A stretch of 62,327 nt of DNA, the filler included, from Vermamoeba vermiformis (Eukaryota): NCBI GenBank assembly GCA_045837725.1. It is 8 parts of 8 records of this genome, joined end to end, with 100 filler letters (N's around TTAATTAATTAA, not from the genome) between each part and the next. Parts side by side here need not be neighbours in the genome. Positions count along the whole stretch, not along the records: positions 45,780 to 50,088 come from JBEWZL010000050.1; positions 50,189 to 54,335 come from JBEWZL010000051.1; positions 54,436 to 58,002 come from JBEWZL010000055.1; positions 58,103 to 62,327 come from JBEWZL010000067.1; 4 more parts are not named here. One strand, 5' to 3'. The notes below the pieces were generated by a model. It did not search any database, was not told where the DNA came from, and worked only from the letters and a program-made list of their open reading frames with translations. The position numbers were made by a program, and so were the translations under genes. Positions 45,780-58,795 of the stretch are shown piece by piece (within the stretch, counting starts at the first letter, position 1; each line of letters begins with the position of its first letter).

Positions 45780-47213
45780 AGTTTAATGCGTATTTAAAGT
45801 TATTTGAGCGTCAGTGTAAAGACGCTAGTTCTAGATCGAGCGCGAAGTCCGATCGCTCGATGACTGATAGTGAGTCAAGGGTAAGTAGCTTCAATATTTT
45901 ATTTTATTATTACTTAACATTCTAATCATCTTATTTAGGTTTATCAAAATCACAGTCACAGATCTCAAACACGATCTTCCCACGTCAACAGATCCATTAC
46001 ATTGATAGTAGTAGACCGGTAAGTACGTGTACAGTAAGAAATTGATCAACACTAACGCTTTATATTATTAGAAATAACGAAGACGAACACGGAGGAGAAA
46101 TTACAAGATTGAGATCCAACGCATCTCAATCTTTGAAAATTAATATGGAGACCATCAATTGCTCTGAAGGTAAGCAAAATCTCTTACATATTAATATAAT
46201 AATTAATTGGTACTAATTTTACGTCTAGGATGTAACACGGAGCTGGAGCCAGATCGCGTTGCTGATGCGTTAGGATCTCTCAGAAGTTAGTGACGCGCAT
46301 CAATCGCACTAAAAGTAAGTCAAATCGTTATTATTATATATTTTAAGGTACTAATATCGATTATTATATACAGCAATTCATTGATTCAAAATTTCGTGGA
46401 TTTGGGAACGCGAATCTAGCGCATTAGAATTTCCATCGAAACAGGACTGGTGAGTCAAGTTACTTTAAAAAAACGTTTAATGTGCTATTTATAACGCGAT
46501 TATAGGTTGGTAAGAGTCACGGCGACCCCTGAAGTGAACGGACGGAGATCAAGATCCTAATCAAGTAGTTGGCGTCATCGATTGCACTAAGTGTAAGTAG
46601 AACATGTTATTTACACATACTATAACTTACTGATACCATTTTTAATTCAGGTAAGAGCACCTTAGCTTTTTTTACGGATGCTCAACACGCGATCTGACGC
46701 AAACGATTGTGTAGATTGAAGACAAGTTCCCGACCCGTAAGTAATACAATGCGATTACACCGATATGATCTAATAATTTATTGATACAGATTGATTAATA
46801 TTAGCGATACTGTAGAGAAATTGAATCCGTAACTTCAACGGATTCACGAAAAGGAAAATCATGGTAAAGTAAGTATATGGATTAACTTTAGTCGTTTTAT
46901 ACATTCTCTAACGTGTTATATTATTGTCAGAGCCAATGCGTATTCACTTTGACCGTTGATCCTCGATCCTCCGTATTGATCCCAAATTTAACACGAGAGT
47001 AATGTAAGTAATACTATTTATTTTCTTTTAACGTAACAATTAACATGTTGTAACCACATTTTAGGGCATGAATGGCGTTTAATCACCGATCTGCGAAGCC
47101 CTAGAATTGAATTGTTACGTTAACATTCAATTCGATAACATTATCAGCCTCGAAACTGCCGACCTTTCTAGCTACCCTGTACATTACATAAATGTATAAG
47201 TGAATCTAATAAA
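45780..47213 (+). ncRNA. Putative spliced, largely non-coding transcript (9 introns, 10 exons)
   Basis: Nine GTRAG..YAG introns of 53-62 nt separate exons of 73-98 nt; AATAAA at 47208. The only spliced ORF found is 86 codons and stops in exon 4. Confidence 0.5.
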
Positions 47214-48299
47214 TATATAACGATTATTACTGATTTCGTTTAACGTTGTGTTATCACATGTCTCGTGAAATTTTTACTAGTAGTTTTGATCGGCAACGAG
47301 ACGAGTGCAACAAACAACGTATTTCGTTGCTCGTTGTACTTTAAACAATAATTTAATTTATTTACGGGTAGTAACTTGGCCTGATCGGATTCAATAATCC
47401 TTGAGTAAGTGTATCTAATAATACTATATTGTAGTAACACTAGCCAATAATTAGCAATGGCAAATCTCTCTGATAGATTTAGCAAATTGGTTCATAACAG
47501 TTGTGTTGCAGAACCTAAAGTGGTGAGTCAAGCAGTATTCAAGAAAGTTGGTGAAGCCATGCCTGGTCGCCATATTGGTCCTTGAGCTTACGTCGCATTG
47601 TGGTCACTGAGATGTTGCATGCTGCTGCCAAGAACCCCAACGAGTTCTTTCAATGGGGTAGGGTATTTCGGACGGATTTGCAGCCTCTCCTGTGCCAAGT
47701 CGTTTGCAGATACAGAACTCCTATTGATACGGTGTATAGTTCAGCCATAGGACTCCATGCATACCAAACGGGAGTTTGAGATCTGTCTGTGACGTGTCAC
47801 ACGAAAGCCCGCAAAAGCTTGCGGCAGGTGAAGCGATCGCTTCATCCGCTGCATAGGGCTAGCATTGGTTCTACGCATCACGGCAATAGAATCCATTCAT
47901 ATTTGGTATGTGATGTCCTTACTATTAGTTATATATGCCATATCAATAGGACCCCTTGATCTGCTCGTGACTCTGACACCCAAAATCCAGTACCAGAATT
48001 TGTCTAACTTCTCTCCAGATCTGGATATCAGCTTCTACATTTCAGAATCAGCTCATACTTGGACCAAAGTATATTCATATGAATTGTTATTGATCCATGC
48101 CATATCTGCAAAGATTGCATGTTTGCAGACTTTGACGCATCCAGCTAGCCTCCAGATCTCAGAGCCATGATATTGGATTGATGAATCTCTTTCATATTCT
48201 TATGTTACTATATTTATGTATATTTATCACAATAGTATCGACCTGTTCCAACAGTTGATCCATACTTCAAGAATTTGAATCCCTGATCAGCTGCTAAGC

Positions 48300-49620
48300 A
48301 ACTTTGAGATAGGATCCAAACCGATGCCAAATCAATCAGAAACATGTTAAAACATTATATAAACAGTGTATTTGATAGTTTCAAGTTGAAATGTCAAGTT
48401 AGTCCTAGGTAGAAGGAGACAAGGAGTCAGAGTCAAGAACCAAAGTTGGATTTTGACCTCTGAATTAATATACCTTTGGGGTTAAGGTTAAAGGTTGAGG
48501 GGTTAGGGTTAGGGCGTTGTTCCGTGAGGTCGTGCCGGCAGGCACGGCCGAGCAGCGAACTCCCCTTTATACCAGTACTAGTAGGCCCAGACTAATTATG
48601 GTCCTAGGTGGTTGCGTCAGATTAGCAGGCGAGGACTCGGGGCCAGACCGTGCCGAACATGATTTTGCAAAAAAAATTTGACTTAGAATCTTTGCAGACG
48701 GTGCACTGGAATGCAGTGTGCCAGGTCAATGCCCTTAGAGTATGAAGTAGACTAGGCCCTAGACTGTATCATATCCAAAGGGGAGCCCTGGGACTGCTCA
48801 GGACTTGGGGCAAAATGTCTGCAAAAATTTCAGCTTGGGGGCCAACTTGAGGCCACAGCTCAGTCATGGACTAGCAATCAAGTGGTTCTTGTTGGGATAG
48901 AATAGTCTCATATAGTGTTACTTACAGTATGAGTTTGGCTGAGATTCCTGCCAAAAACCTGACTTGAAAAAAACTTGGGGGCCCCAGTGTTTGATGACAG
49001 CTCTGCTGATCCAGAGCTTCAATATGGCTCATATTCATATGGTAATATAGTCTATATGTAAGCATAATATGGTGTAAATTTGGCTGCATTTGGAGGAATT
49101 TTTCAATTTGGATCTTGGTTAGGGAAGGTCACCCTAACCCAGGGGGCCAAAACTGGATCTATGCATGGCTATTTTTCCTAGACTTCATATTCATAGGATG
49201 TACTATACTATAGTAGTACTATCTGTAAAATAAGTTTCGTCAAATTCCGTGCTGTCGACCTGACCAGATCAGCAACCACCTTGAAAGTTCGAACTATTAT
49301 CAATTCATGTCATCTGCTTCAAATATTGCCATACTTCTAGATTAAAGTAGTCTATATATGAATAAATTATGGTATAAATTTGGTTGGATTCCGTCAAGTT
49401 TTTTTTTTTGAGGGCCCCCTGGGGGCCCCATGGTCAGATCTTTGAACAACTGAAGCAAAGTCAATTAGAAACATTATGAAACATATTAAAACAGCATATT
49501 CTATGATTTTAAGCTAAAATATCCAGTTTAACTAAAGGTTATGCAGGCAACCCTAACCTGGGGCCCAGAGTCAAATATCAAAGTTGGGATTTGACTTTAG
49601 AATCAATGTCTGATCAATGA
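48300..49620. repeat. Subtelomeric degenerate repeats (~150 bp period) and a diverged block duplication
   Basis: TAGTCT..TATG..TTTGG units near 48900, 49045, 49200 and 49350. Block 48339-48470 resembles 49468-49607. No long ORFs. Confidence 0.55.
48478..48514 (+). repeat. Internal degenerate telomeric tract
   Basis: GGGGTTAAGGTTAAAGGTTGAGGGGTTAGGGTTAGGG. Confidence 0.7.
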
Positions 49621-49888
49621 ATAATAGTTAATAATGATGAAATAACAGATCTATGTTGAAATCAGATCAATCTGAGTGCTTGGTCTGAGTCAGGGTCAAG
49701 GTCTGTGGCTTGGTAAAAATCAAAGTATGGGTTGTATCAGCAATCTTAAAGTTTTTGTTATGGCTAAATAGAGCTTTTAAAATCCTACAAAACGGTACCA
49801 ATCTTGTCTTGTTGGCTGTCCTGGTAAGGGAGTTAGAAGTGAAAGGGTTAAAGTTCGAAGTAGGGCTTAGTTTCCGTTAAGGTTAAGG

Positions 49889-50088
49889 TTAGGGTTAGGG
49901 TTAGGGTTAGGGTTAGGGTTAGGGTTAGGGTTAGGGTTAGGGTTAGGGTTAGGGTTAGGGTTAGGGTTAGGGTTAGGGTTAGGGTTAGGGTTAGGGTTAG
50001 GGTTAGGGTTAGGGTTAGGGTTAGGGTTAGGGTTAGGGTTAGGGTTAGGGTTAGGGTTAGGGTTAGGGTTAGGGTTAGGGTTAGGGTT
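49889..50088 (+). repeat. Telomere (TTAGGG)n
   Basis: About 33 perfect units at the contig end, G-rich strand running 5'->3' toward the end, preceded by TTAAGG variants. Confidence 0.98.
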
Positions 50089-50188
50089 NNNNNNNNNNNN
50101 NNNNNNNNNNNNNNNNNNNNNNNNNNNNNNNNTTAATTAATTAANNNNNNNNNNNNNNNNNNNNNNNNNNNNNNNNNNNNNNNNNNNN

Positions 50189-51047
50189 GGCCCTATTGGG
50201 ACTGTCAGACAAGCCCATTTTAACGCGTAAAATTGCCAGTTCGCAAGCAAAACATAAGTATTACTTAAAATTGCAATATATCTACAATTAATTACCTGGC
50301 GGATTTGCGTGGAACTAAGGTTAGCGCTTCAAGTTTTTGGAAGATTGAGGGCGTTAAAGGACCGTTTATCCGTTATTCTTTTTTGGGCTTCTTAATCCAC
50401 GCCAATGATTTGATTACAAAGATTAAACCAAGACTTAACAGAAGAATAATCCTCGCTAGAAATGCAATCGGATCTCCAAACTGCGCAGCAACAATATCTT
50501 GCATATTCACCTCTTCTTGAGCTGAATTATGGTGCGGTAGTAATAATGTGTAGCCAGATACTAGCGAGAAAATTGTTTGAAGAGCCAAAATGAATCTGCT
50601 TCCTCGTACCGATCTTTTGTAAGCCTTGAAAATGATCCATAAGACGAGCAATGTGACTAAACTAAGTCCTCCGTAATATACAGTTCTATGTAGTAGTAAT
50701 TCACTCGGATCCGAACTTGGCTTAGCTCGCACGGTATACAAATGAAATAAGATCGCATTCCAGATCTGCACAAAAAAATCTATTAATATCCACTATTATT
50801 AAATATTATTATTTACATATTATTGTCGGTATTTATGAGCAAGTGAAATTAAATAACATTACTGTTGCAAAATTACAAATCTGCTACCAGACCCACCATT
50901 AATAAAACAACACATGATCGTCGTATACTAAAAAAAACTTAAATATAACTTGATTATACTCACCTTCGTCCAAGCAAATATAATTACTGAAGCAGCACCA
51001 AACCAAAGTAGATTCAGGACCGCCAGCTCTTTGCTAGCGTGCACCAT
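50189..51047 (-). CDS. Multi-pass membrane protein; 3' end unresolved at contig edge
   Basis: MVHASKELAVLNLLWFGAASVIIFAWTK exon plus ORF 50373-50771 with three hydrophobic helices. Confidence 0.55.
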
Positions 51048-51184
51048 TTTCTGTTGATTGTTATGTTGCCTATCGCGAGCGATCAAAACATTATTATACT
51101 GAGCGTTTATTGACGAACCAAACATTCGAAGTCGAAGAAATCAGATTGACTTGCGTGTTTGTTCGCTTTGTCGATCAATGTCCA

Positions 51185-53981
51185 TTAAAGATGCCCATTC
51201 TTGTTCGGTTCTGTTACTAGTGCGCCGTATTTCATCAATAACTTCATCTTTTGGAACGATTTTCGTTGCAGTAACGGTGCTTTGAATGCTTCGTGTAAGA
51301 GCAGAGCTCGCTCCGAACTTTTCCAATCCAATTTTGCACCCTTATTGACAAGATATTCAAAGACTTGTATTGATTCTTCACCGTTGACTTTCATACTCGA
51401 TAACAATGTGTTTCCGAGAATATCTGAGTGGTTGACATCGAGACCGACTTGCTCGACAACGAACTTTGTCAACGTAACGTGACACGTGATGATCTTAAAA
51501 GCCTTTTTCAGGCTCTTGCTGTGACTTAATATCGATTTGCATTCGTCAATAATGAATTGGAGGTTATCGTCAACGTTGAAGTAAAACTTGCACGCTTCTA
51601 TAATATCTTCGCCTGTCAAAGTGTCAGAAGAAGTGCCATAAATTGTCAGATACAAGTCAATCTTACTCTTGAACAATGTTTGCATATCGCTCCACAGCGA
51701 ATTGCTTAAGATGTAACTAACAAACGATTGGCCGATTTTGTCCCTTGCTTTGATGTTGATTTTGTTCGTTATCAGAAGTGGGTGCAGGCTGTTCTCGTAG
51801 CAACTTACTGCCATCGCTAACATCAAAGGTGTTCTGCCAAACATATCAACTCGATTGACATCGGCACCTAGAGCAATAGCATCGCCAATTAAATCAGATC
51901 CTTCCATTACTGCCTGATGCAGCGGTGTTCTTCCGAGCTTGTTCGGGTGATCGATATTGATGTACTTTACTAATAAGGAAAGAAGTTCTTTGCGTTCATC
52001 TGTAGAGCCTAGTAGCGTGTGAAGCAGAGTATTGCCAGCTTCATCAGTGATCTTCGGATCTGCTCCTCGGAGAATTAACTGTTTGACTTTTTCAACGTTA
52101 TTCGGACCTTTAGCGACTGCCACGGTAAGTGGGAAAAGTGTTCGTCCGTCTTTCTTATCAAAATACGGTTTGTTGATGTCAGCGCCGAATGATAGCAACG
52201 TGTTCATGATTCGAAACGAATCTTCGTCGGACTTCTTCAGGGCCAAATGAAGTGGCAAACGTGAGGCGTCACCGGCGATGTTTGGATCCGCACCTTTTCG
52301 AAGTAATATTTCAACTGCTGCTTGGTAATTGTGCTGAATAGCTTTGACAAGCGGCGTCAGACCGTTCTTGTCGGGTTTGTTCAAGTCAATGCCGAGCTTA
52401 ATCGCCTCTTCTATCATCGTGTAATATCCTTCTTCTATGCCGAATGATAAAAGTGTGTTGCCTTTCCCGTCGTAAAATTGATTTACATCAATATTGAATG
52501 TTTGTACGAGTGAACTAACATCGCTGAAACACTGACATGAAAATTGTCTAAAAATGAAGGCCTGAACAATTAGTGCTCCTAAGCCTTCTACTTGTCGCTG
52601 TTTAAAAATTGCATCTATTTCTTGGATAGCTGGCAAAATGTCGAAATTTCTCTTTATGTTCCAATGGAACAAAATATCTATTTGCAATTCTTTCAATGCC
52701 TCGGTATCCATCAGATCTTGGAACCCAAGTAAGTCCAAATAAGATACTAGCGCGTCGTATCTTAGAATAAGATGGCGTAGCACTGTTTCAATGTTCTTGA
52801 AGCGGCCATTCAACATGATTCTGAGTTTGTCTCGTCCAACTTCCGCGGCAATACGTTGCAGTGATAGTTTTGACAGTACGTCAGCGCAGGATGAAATGAA
52901 TGCCAATTCACTGAACGAGGAAAGTTGATGCGAGAGTGCGTGCTTTAAAGTTTCTACTGCGATTTCAGTTCCGTTCTCCAAATTATCGATCTCAAACTTC
53001 ACCGACATCCAAAACGGCAATGTTTTGTCCCGGTAATATTGTTCTAGCTGTTGCTTTTGTATGGACGCGCTCCAATCAATGGCAGATTCCAAATTTGATG
53101 CAAGGGATTCATTATGGAGCCAGGGAAGGTGGCGTGAAATGTTGTTGAGATCGGACGATTTTGTGATATCGCCATGGTAAAAGGGTCTGATATTGACTTC
53201 AACTCCTAATTCTTTGGCAGCCGTTATGAATTCATTCCAGGAAATCTCTTCGGCCAGAGAGTAAATCGTATGGTACAATTTCGTCAAGTTAGGAAAGTTC
53301 AACTTGAGCTTTTTGACCAAATGACACGCTGAGTCATTGTCGTCGATCTCCGTGGAAATTTCAATATCTTTAACACGTGCCGAGCTGAATTCGATTCCGT
53401 GCCAATTGCTGGTATCTCCGCCGATGGAAATGTATTCCACATTTGGAAACAAGCACAGTAACGATTGATGTTCGTGCGGTACTCCAACAGTTGTCACGTG
53501 ATTGCAGTAGATTTTGGGGTCATGGGGCTGCGTTCCTACTATAGGCAACAGTCCTTCGTTGAATGAAAACGTCGTGAAGCTTGTACACGGCGGTAAAAAA
53601 TAGACTGTTTTGAGCATCGGGGAGGCATTGATTATGTCCGCTAGATGATAGACAGAAGTGCCAGCTTGCTTCAACATAAGTGCTGCGATGCGATAATGAC
53701 TGACCATGTATTGTGCGTTGAGTATTGTTTCCATTTTGGATAGATCCAGGCAGATGAGTTTAACGAGCTGCGATTGGACGGCCGCGAGTTGCCATTTTTT
53801 GCATACTGGTATTAAATATTCGATCCAATATTTAAAGTCGAAGAATTTGAATAAATGGTTCGCTACAACTTCGATGGGGAGTGTGGTGATTGGGCCTTAT
53901 GTTAAAAAAGTTCTTAGAACGATCCGCAAAACTCGACGAATAATTTTAAAAATTAGTATTACCATCGGCATCTGTTTGCAT
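51185..53981 (-). CDS. F-box + LRR-like + ankyrin-repeat protein
   Basis: Frame is open upstream of the 849 aa ORF and reads ITTLPIEVVANHLFKFF..LIPVCKKWQ (F-box). Ankyrin repeats GLTPL, GNTLLH, GRTPLH, GRTPLM. Confidence 0.85.
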
Positions 53982-54435
53982 ACAATTGCCGGCCTCCTAA
54001 AATAATTATTAGAGAAATAAAAAATGAAATTGACATTTTAAGACAGTCTTACCATCGCTAGTATGTTTCGATATAGAAGAATTAAGTTGTGGTTGGGTTT
54101 ATTGCCTCTGAAGGCGAAATAAATACTATTTCTTCCTGAAAACTTTTTGGATTCCGTTTCCTAATGTCGATTTGTTCTATCAATGCTAGCCGGGGCTTTG
54201 CGGCAAACAATTACAATTTCAATACTTTGTCAATTAAAATGTGGTACATCACAAATATACATTAGTAATTACGTAAGCCAGAAAAAATACAAAGTCAAAA
54301 TTTCCACAAAACGCTAGATATCCGATATAACTCCANNNNNNNNNNNNNNNNNNNNNNNNNNNNNNNNNNNNNNNNNNNNTTAATTAATTAANNNNNNNNN
54401 NNNNNNNNNNNNNNNNNNNNNNNNNNNNNNNNNNN

Positions 54436-57400
54436 TGACCAACATGGCTTCGTTGGTCTCTTCATTCTTCGAAACACCCATTGACAATACAATGTGCTTG
54501 TGACGAAGCGAACTAATAAAAATTGATTGATAATCATCCATTGACGGACGGCAACAGCGTACTTACATCAGTGTATTGGCTTCTTCAATTAATAGAGATT
54601 GATCCAAGTGCTTAGATTTCAACATCTTGACAACTACATTTTGTCCGTGCCATCTCGCTTTGAATATCTCGCCGTAGCTTCCTTCACCGAGCTTCTCGCC
54701 AAGAGTGATATCTTCAAAGCGAATCTCTGTGCAATTTGTAAACAAATGCTCGTACAAACGAAATTGACTTTGACATACCTGCTGGGCGAGATGCAACTTC
54801 CTCTGGTGCCTCCTGTTCATCTTGCTCTTCAATATCTGATAACAACGATACGTCTTCTGCGTTATCGTCTGGCTGGCCAATGATTCTTTTTCTTTTCTTC
54901 CAAAGTAGAAAAAGTACCGCACTCATTACCACTAAGCCAAGCACGAGAAAAACAGGCCAAATCGTAGTTTCGTCGTTGCTTTTTGGAGATGCAGATGGAG
55001 AGTCTGTTTGAGGATGAAATGATGCAGGAGAGCGGAAAGACGGTCGAAAACCTTTCCACGAAAAGACTGTCACCGCATTGTCAACTGCTCCAAATAACCA
55101 AGTTTGTCGTCTGTCAGTTGATATGAGAGGAATGACCGAGCTCAACGCCACATGAGCATTAGGCACTGTTGAATTCGACCACTCCTCTGACGTGAAATTA
55201 TACATTACTATCGTGCATACTTTGCTGCCAAGTAGTGCCGGATCAACGAATAACAGCACGTTTTCTGACACTGCAATCGATGAAGTGATATTAGGAAGCA
55301 TCACAGGTGAAGGCACGGTGTTCCAATTGTTGCTGTAGGTATCAAGAACACGGAGCGAGGATCCATAGTAAACGACCACACTCGAGCCAAATGCTACAGC
55401 TCCTGCAAAAGAGTTGCTGTCGAAGGTCACCCATTTGTCCGTCTCTCTGAAGTAGATTGATCCACCACTGGCCACGACAGCGTACTGCGTGACAGCAAGC
55501 TGTCCCATCACATTATGCTCTATGGTCCGCCACTTTTGAGTCTCAGGATTGAATGCTTCAATGAACCCAGTTGTTCCGTACGTCGGTCCAAACCAGGCTT
55601 CATCGTCAACTATCACTGCGGAATGTGGACCACGTGCATTGTTAAAGTGGCTTGTGGTCCATGAATTGTTATGTGAGTGATAAATATCTATGACTGTTGT
55701 CACCTGTGATGAAGCACCGCCAGCAACAATTAAATAAGATCCAATAGCAACAATTGAGGCGTGAGATCGGCCTTTGTAGAGCTTGCCAAGAGTGCCCCAA
55801 GTGCCATCGGTGGTATTGTAGAACTCGACTACTGTTGACAACGCTGATTCTTGCGTTCCGCCGGCAAGAATAATTAGCCCGTTCCAATAAATTCCCGATG
55901 CTCCAGCGCGAGATTTTGACCACTTGAGTGATGTCCAGTACCACGGCGGGGAAGGTCTAGCAGGAAGTAATTCTTCCAACTGACAAGTTTGTGCCCCGCG
56001 CCAGCTACAATGCGTAGAAGTGTCACATACGTAATTTGGACAGCCCATTGTATTATGACGGGCATCACTGCAGACATTAGTCAAAGGCAAAATAATTAAT
56101 ATCAGTACGTACCATTGGCTCGATTGATTCGTGAGTACTGGGGGACAGCCAAACAGCGAGTTATGCGAAATATTTCTGCGAAATGCGTTACAAAGGGTTT
56201 TCAATTTGACAAGTTGCACTCTTACATAAATTGCAAACTGGCCATTCGAGAAAAGTTTAACTCCGAAATGTCGCCGAACAACTGGTTATTGCTGAGGTCC
56301 CTACCAAAAAATTGACAATTAGATTGACTAATTAAAAGACAAAATAACACTTACAATGATTGCAATTGCGTTAATTGGGTCACTTGGTTGGGGAAACTTC
56401 CGTTCAGCTTTAATCCGCTCAAATTTCTGTTTCGATTAATAAATAGAACCTGTTATTAATAACTGAACTTACACTGCACGCAAATGAAGGGTTTGATTGA
56501 CGCGTTCCCAAGTTAATCCAGGAAACGTTTGCACGTTATGACTGTACAATGGTACGTTGTTCATAAAGGCTTTGAATTCTGACGGTGCGTTATCCAATTG
56601 ACCAATCTGCTGGACAAAGTTCAGATCTTCGCTGCCAACTTCGAGCACGTCGTACAGATTGATGAAGCACCCGAGTGAATTTTTGAAGCAGTAAATGGCT
56701 CCGACTGACGACTCGCTGACACGGCACGGAGCTTGATAGTCAGGATTATCCTTGAATCCAATAACTCGAAATTGCTCTGTCACTTTGGCCTCTTTCATAA
56801 TGACAAACAGGCTGTTGGCTCGATCTCGTGTAAGGAACAGCAATTCCGGAAATTTAGCGTCAATATCAAAATTAGTACCAAGTTTTGGAATGACAGGATT
56901 CCAAAATGATCCTGGGAATATTCCCACGGCACCGTCTGGTCCAACGATAGCGTAGTTGTTTTTTTGCGGGAAAACTTTGTATCCTCCTCCTGGCAAGCAG
57001 TCATTCAAGGTCATATTGAATAAATAGAAGCAGAAAGAGTACTGAGGGTGATTATTGTGTGAGTCTTCTTGATAGAACTCTCCAAAGCCTAATTGTGGTT
57101 GTGTCGCCCAAAAGTTCGGTGGAAAAGTAAAGTTCTGCCGCTCAATTACCACACCTGCCGGTGACATGGTCCAGAGGCTATAAAAGTTTACAGCGGACGA
57201 ATATGTTCCAACAATGAAATTGTCATTCTCGATAAGAACGCCAGTATCAATTGCACCCGTGTACAACCTCATCTTCAGCTCCACGCTTCGCCCGTGTACG
57301 GTGAGAAAAAACACTTCGAAACTGAAACCTATGGACAATGCAATATAATCTACGTTGTTTTTGCGAATACTTGCTATCCTGGTGTCTTTGGTCAATCGGT

Positions 57401-57806
57401 TCACTTCTGGGATCGTCCGTACATCCGTTGAATTTTTGTATCCAAACTCCAAATCTGGTTCATAGAATTGAATGTGCAAGACTTCGTTGTACCAAAGCAT
57501 AGCAAATTGACCTGGGCTGTAATTAGAAAAAAAAAAGGCAGATCACGTGAACCGACCGTCTGCCAATGGTAACGTTGTCAGCCAAAATTGCGCACTAGCT
57601 GCAGTGAAATTTGCCTGCGTTACATTGATTCTCGCGTATTCTGGATGAGCTGATCAAAGTAATAAATTAATTGACTGATTGAATTAATTTATTTGCTAAT
57701 GGAACCTACGTTTTTGAGCATCAATTTCGACCAAAAAAGAGGTGTTGACAATTAAAAGAATAAATAAACTTGTAGCTACCCCCAACTGCGGGGTGAAGGT
57801 CATCAT
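54436..57806 (-). CDS. Receptor-like TKL kinase: signal peptide, unknown domain, extracellular LRRs, Cys-rich segment, kelch propeller, TM, kinase (truncated)
   Basis: ORFs 56469-57500 and 54714-56219 are bridged by short LRR exons (NLSGLKLNGSFP..LTQLQSL, DLSNNQLFGDI, NISHNSLFG). TM WPVFLVLGLVVMSAVLFLLW; kinase LGEGSYGEIF..VVVK. Confidence 0.78.
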
Positions 57807-58495
57807 GCTGCAATTCAACGAGGCAATAATCAGCGCTTCATCCTTGCTGCTAATTATAGTGAATTACTGGTTATTGTTATATCTATCGACAAGTTGTAAA
57901 AAATAAACAAGCACAATGACAAGCCGGGACCTGAGCTTTCCGCTGTCAGTCATGTCACATCGACTGGTCAATTATTTCATTATTCTCGTATTCCAAAGAG
58001 CANNNNNNNNNNNNNNNNNNNNNNNNNNNNNNNNNNNNNNNNNNNNTTAATTAATTAANNNNNNNNNNNNNNNNNNNNNNNNNNNNNNNNNNNNNNNNNN
58101 NNAGTTTGATCCCAAAAAATGACCTTTCATCCCAGAAAAGATCCAGCGATCCTCGACTCTCGAGATAATTTTCCACAAACTGCCGCAGTAAATATCAGAG
58201 CTATGATAATTGGTGGCGAAAGGGTTGCAAAACAACATTTCTGTTGAGCTACGTGGTACGTTCAAAGACTTAATTAAAAATTGACATAACTGACTATAAT
58301 TATATAGCATGAGCGATATACACAAAGAGGTCGGCATCCTTCAGATATGGTAAGGTTCATCTTCAAATTCATTTAGGTTCTATCCGATAGAAAGCACGCC
58401 AACGTGCATATTGTACCCCGTGTCGGATGGCAGAACCGAAGTTATTTTTCTCAGAACTATAGCGTCATTTTAAACTTACTATGTCATTTTTATAG

Positions 58496-58795
58496 TGTGC
58501 TTGTCATCTGCATCTTATATTTAGTCGTTGGTATTATGATCAATAAGTTCTCACGCATGAAGAATGGTCGCGAAGTGGTGCCTAACGTCGAATTCTGGGT
58601 CTCATTGCCCGGTCTTGTAGCGGTAAGTACTTCATTAAGCCATATTATAATACATTATTAAATACATATATATCCTTATCCGAACGATTATATGGTGTTC
58701 TAATCGTTCTTATTTAGGACGGTGCTAAATTCTCCGTGTACAAAATCACTGGCCGCGCATCTCGCAGCAGTTATTCAAACCGTGGAATAGAATAA
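58496..58795 (+). CDS. C-terminal part of an ATG27 / mannose-6-phosphate receptor-like protein (partial)
   Basis: LYLVVGIMINKF...GREVVPNVEFWVSLPGLVADGAKF is the characteristic TM and tail. Confidence 0.75.

Noticed and set aside
45780-47213. CRISPR-like array, or snoRNA host gene
   Set aside because: The periodic elements are splice signals, not identical repeats. The introns are short and AT-rich with no clear C/D or H/ACA boxes.
23735-58102. Recurring TTAATTAATTAA inside N runs
   Set aside because: Artificial linker, identical seven times; genes on either side are not neighbours.
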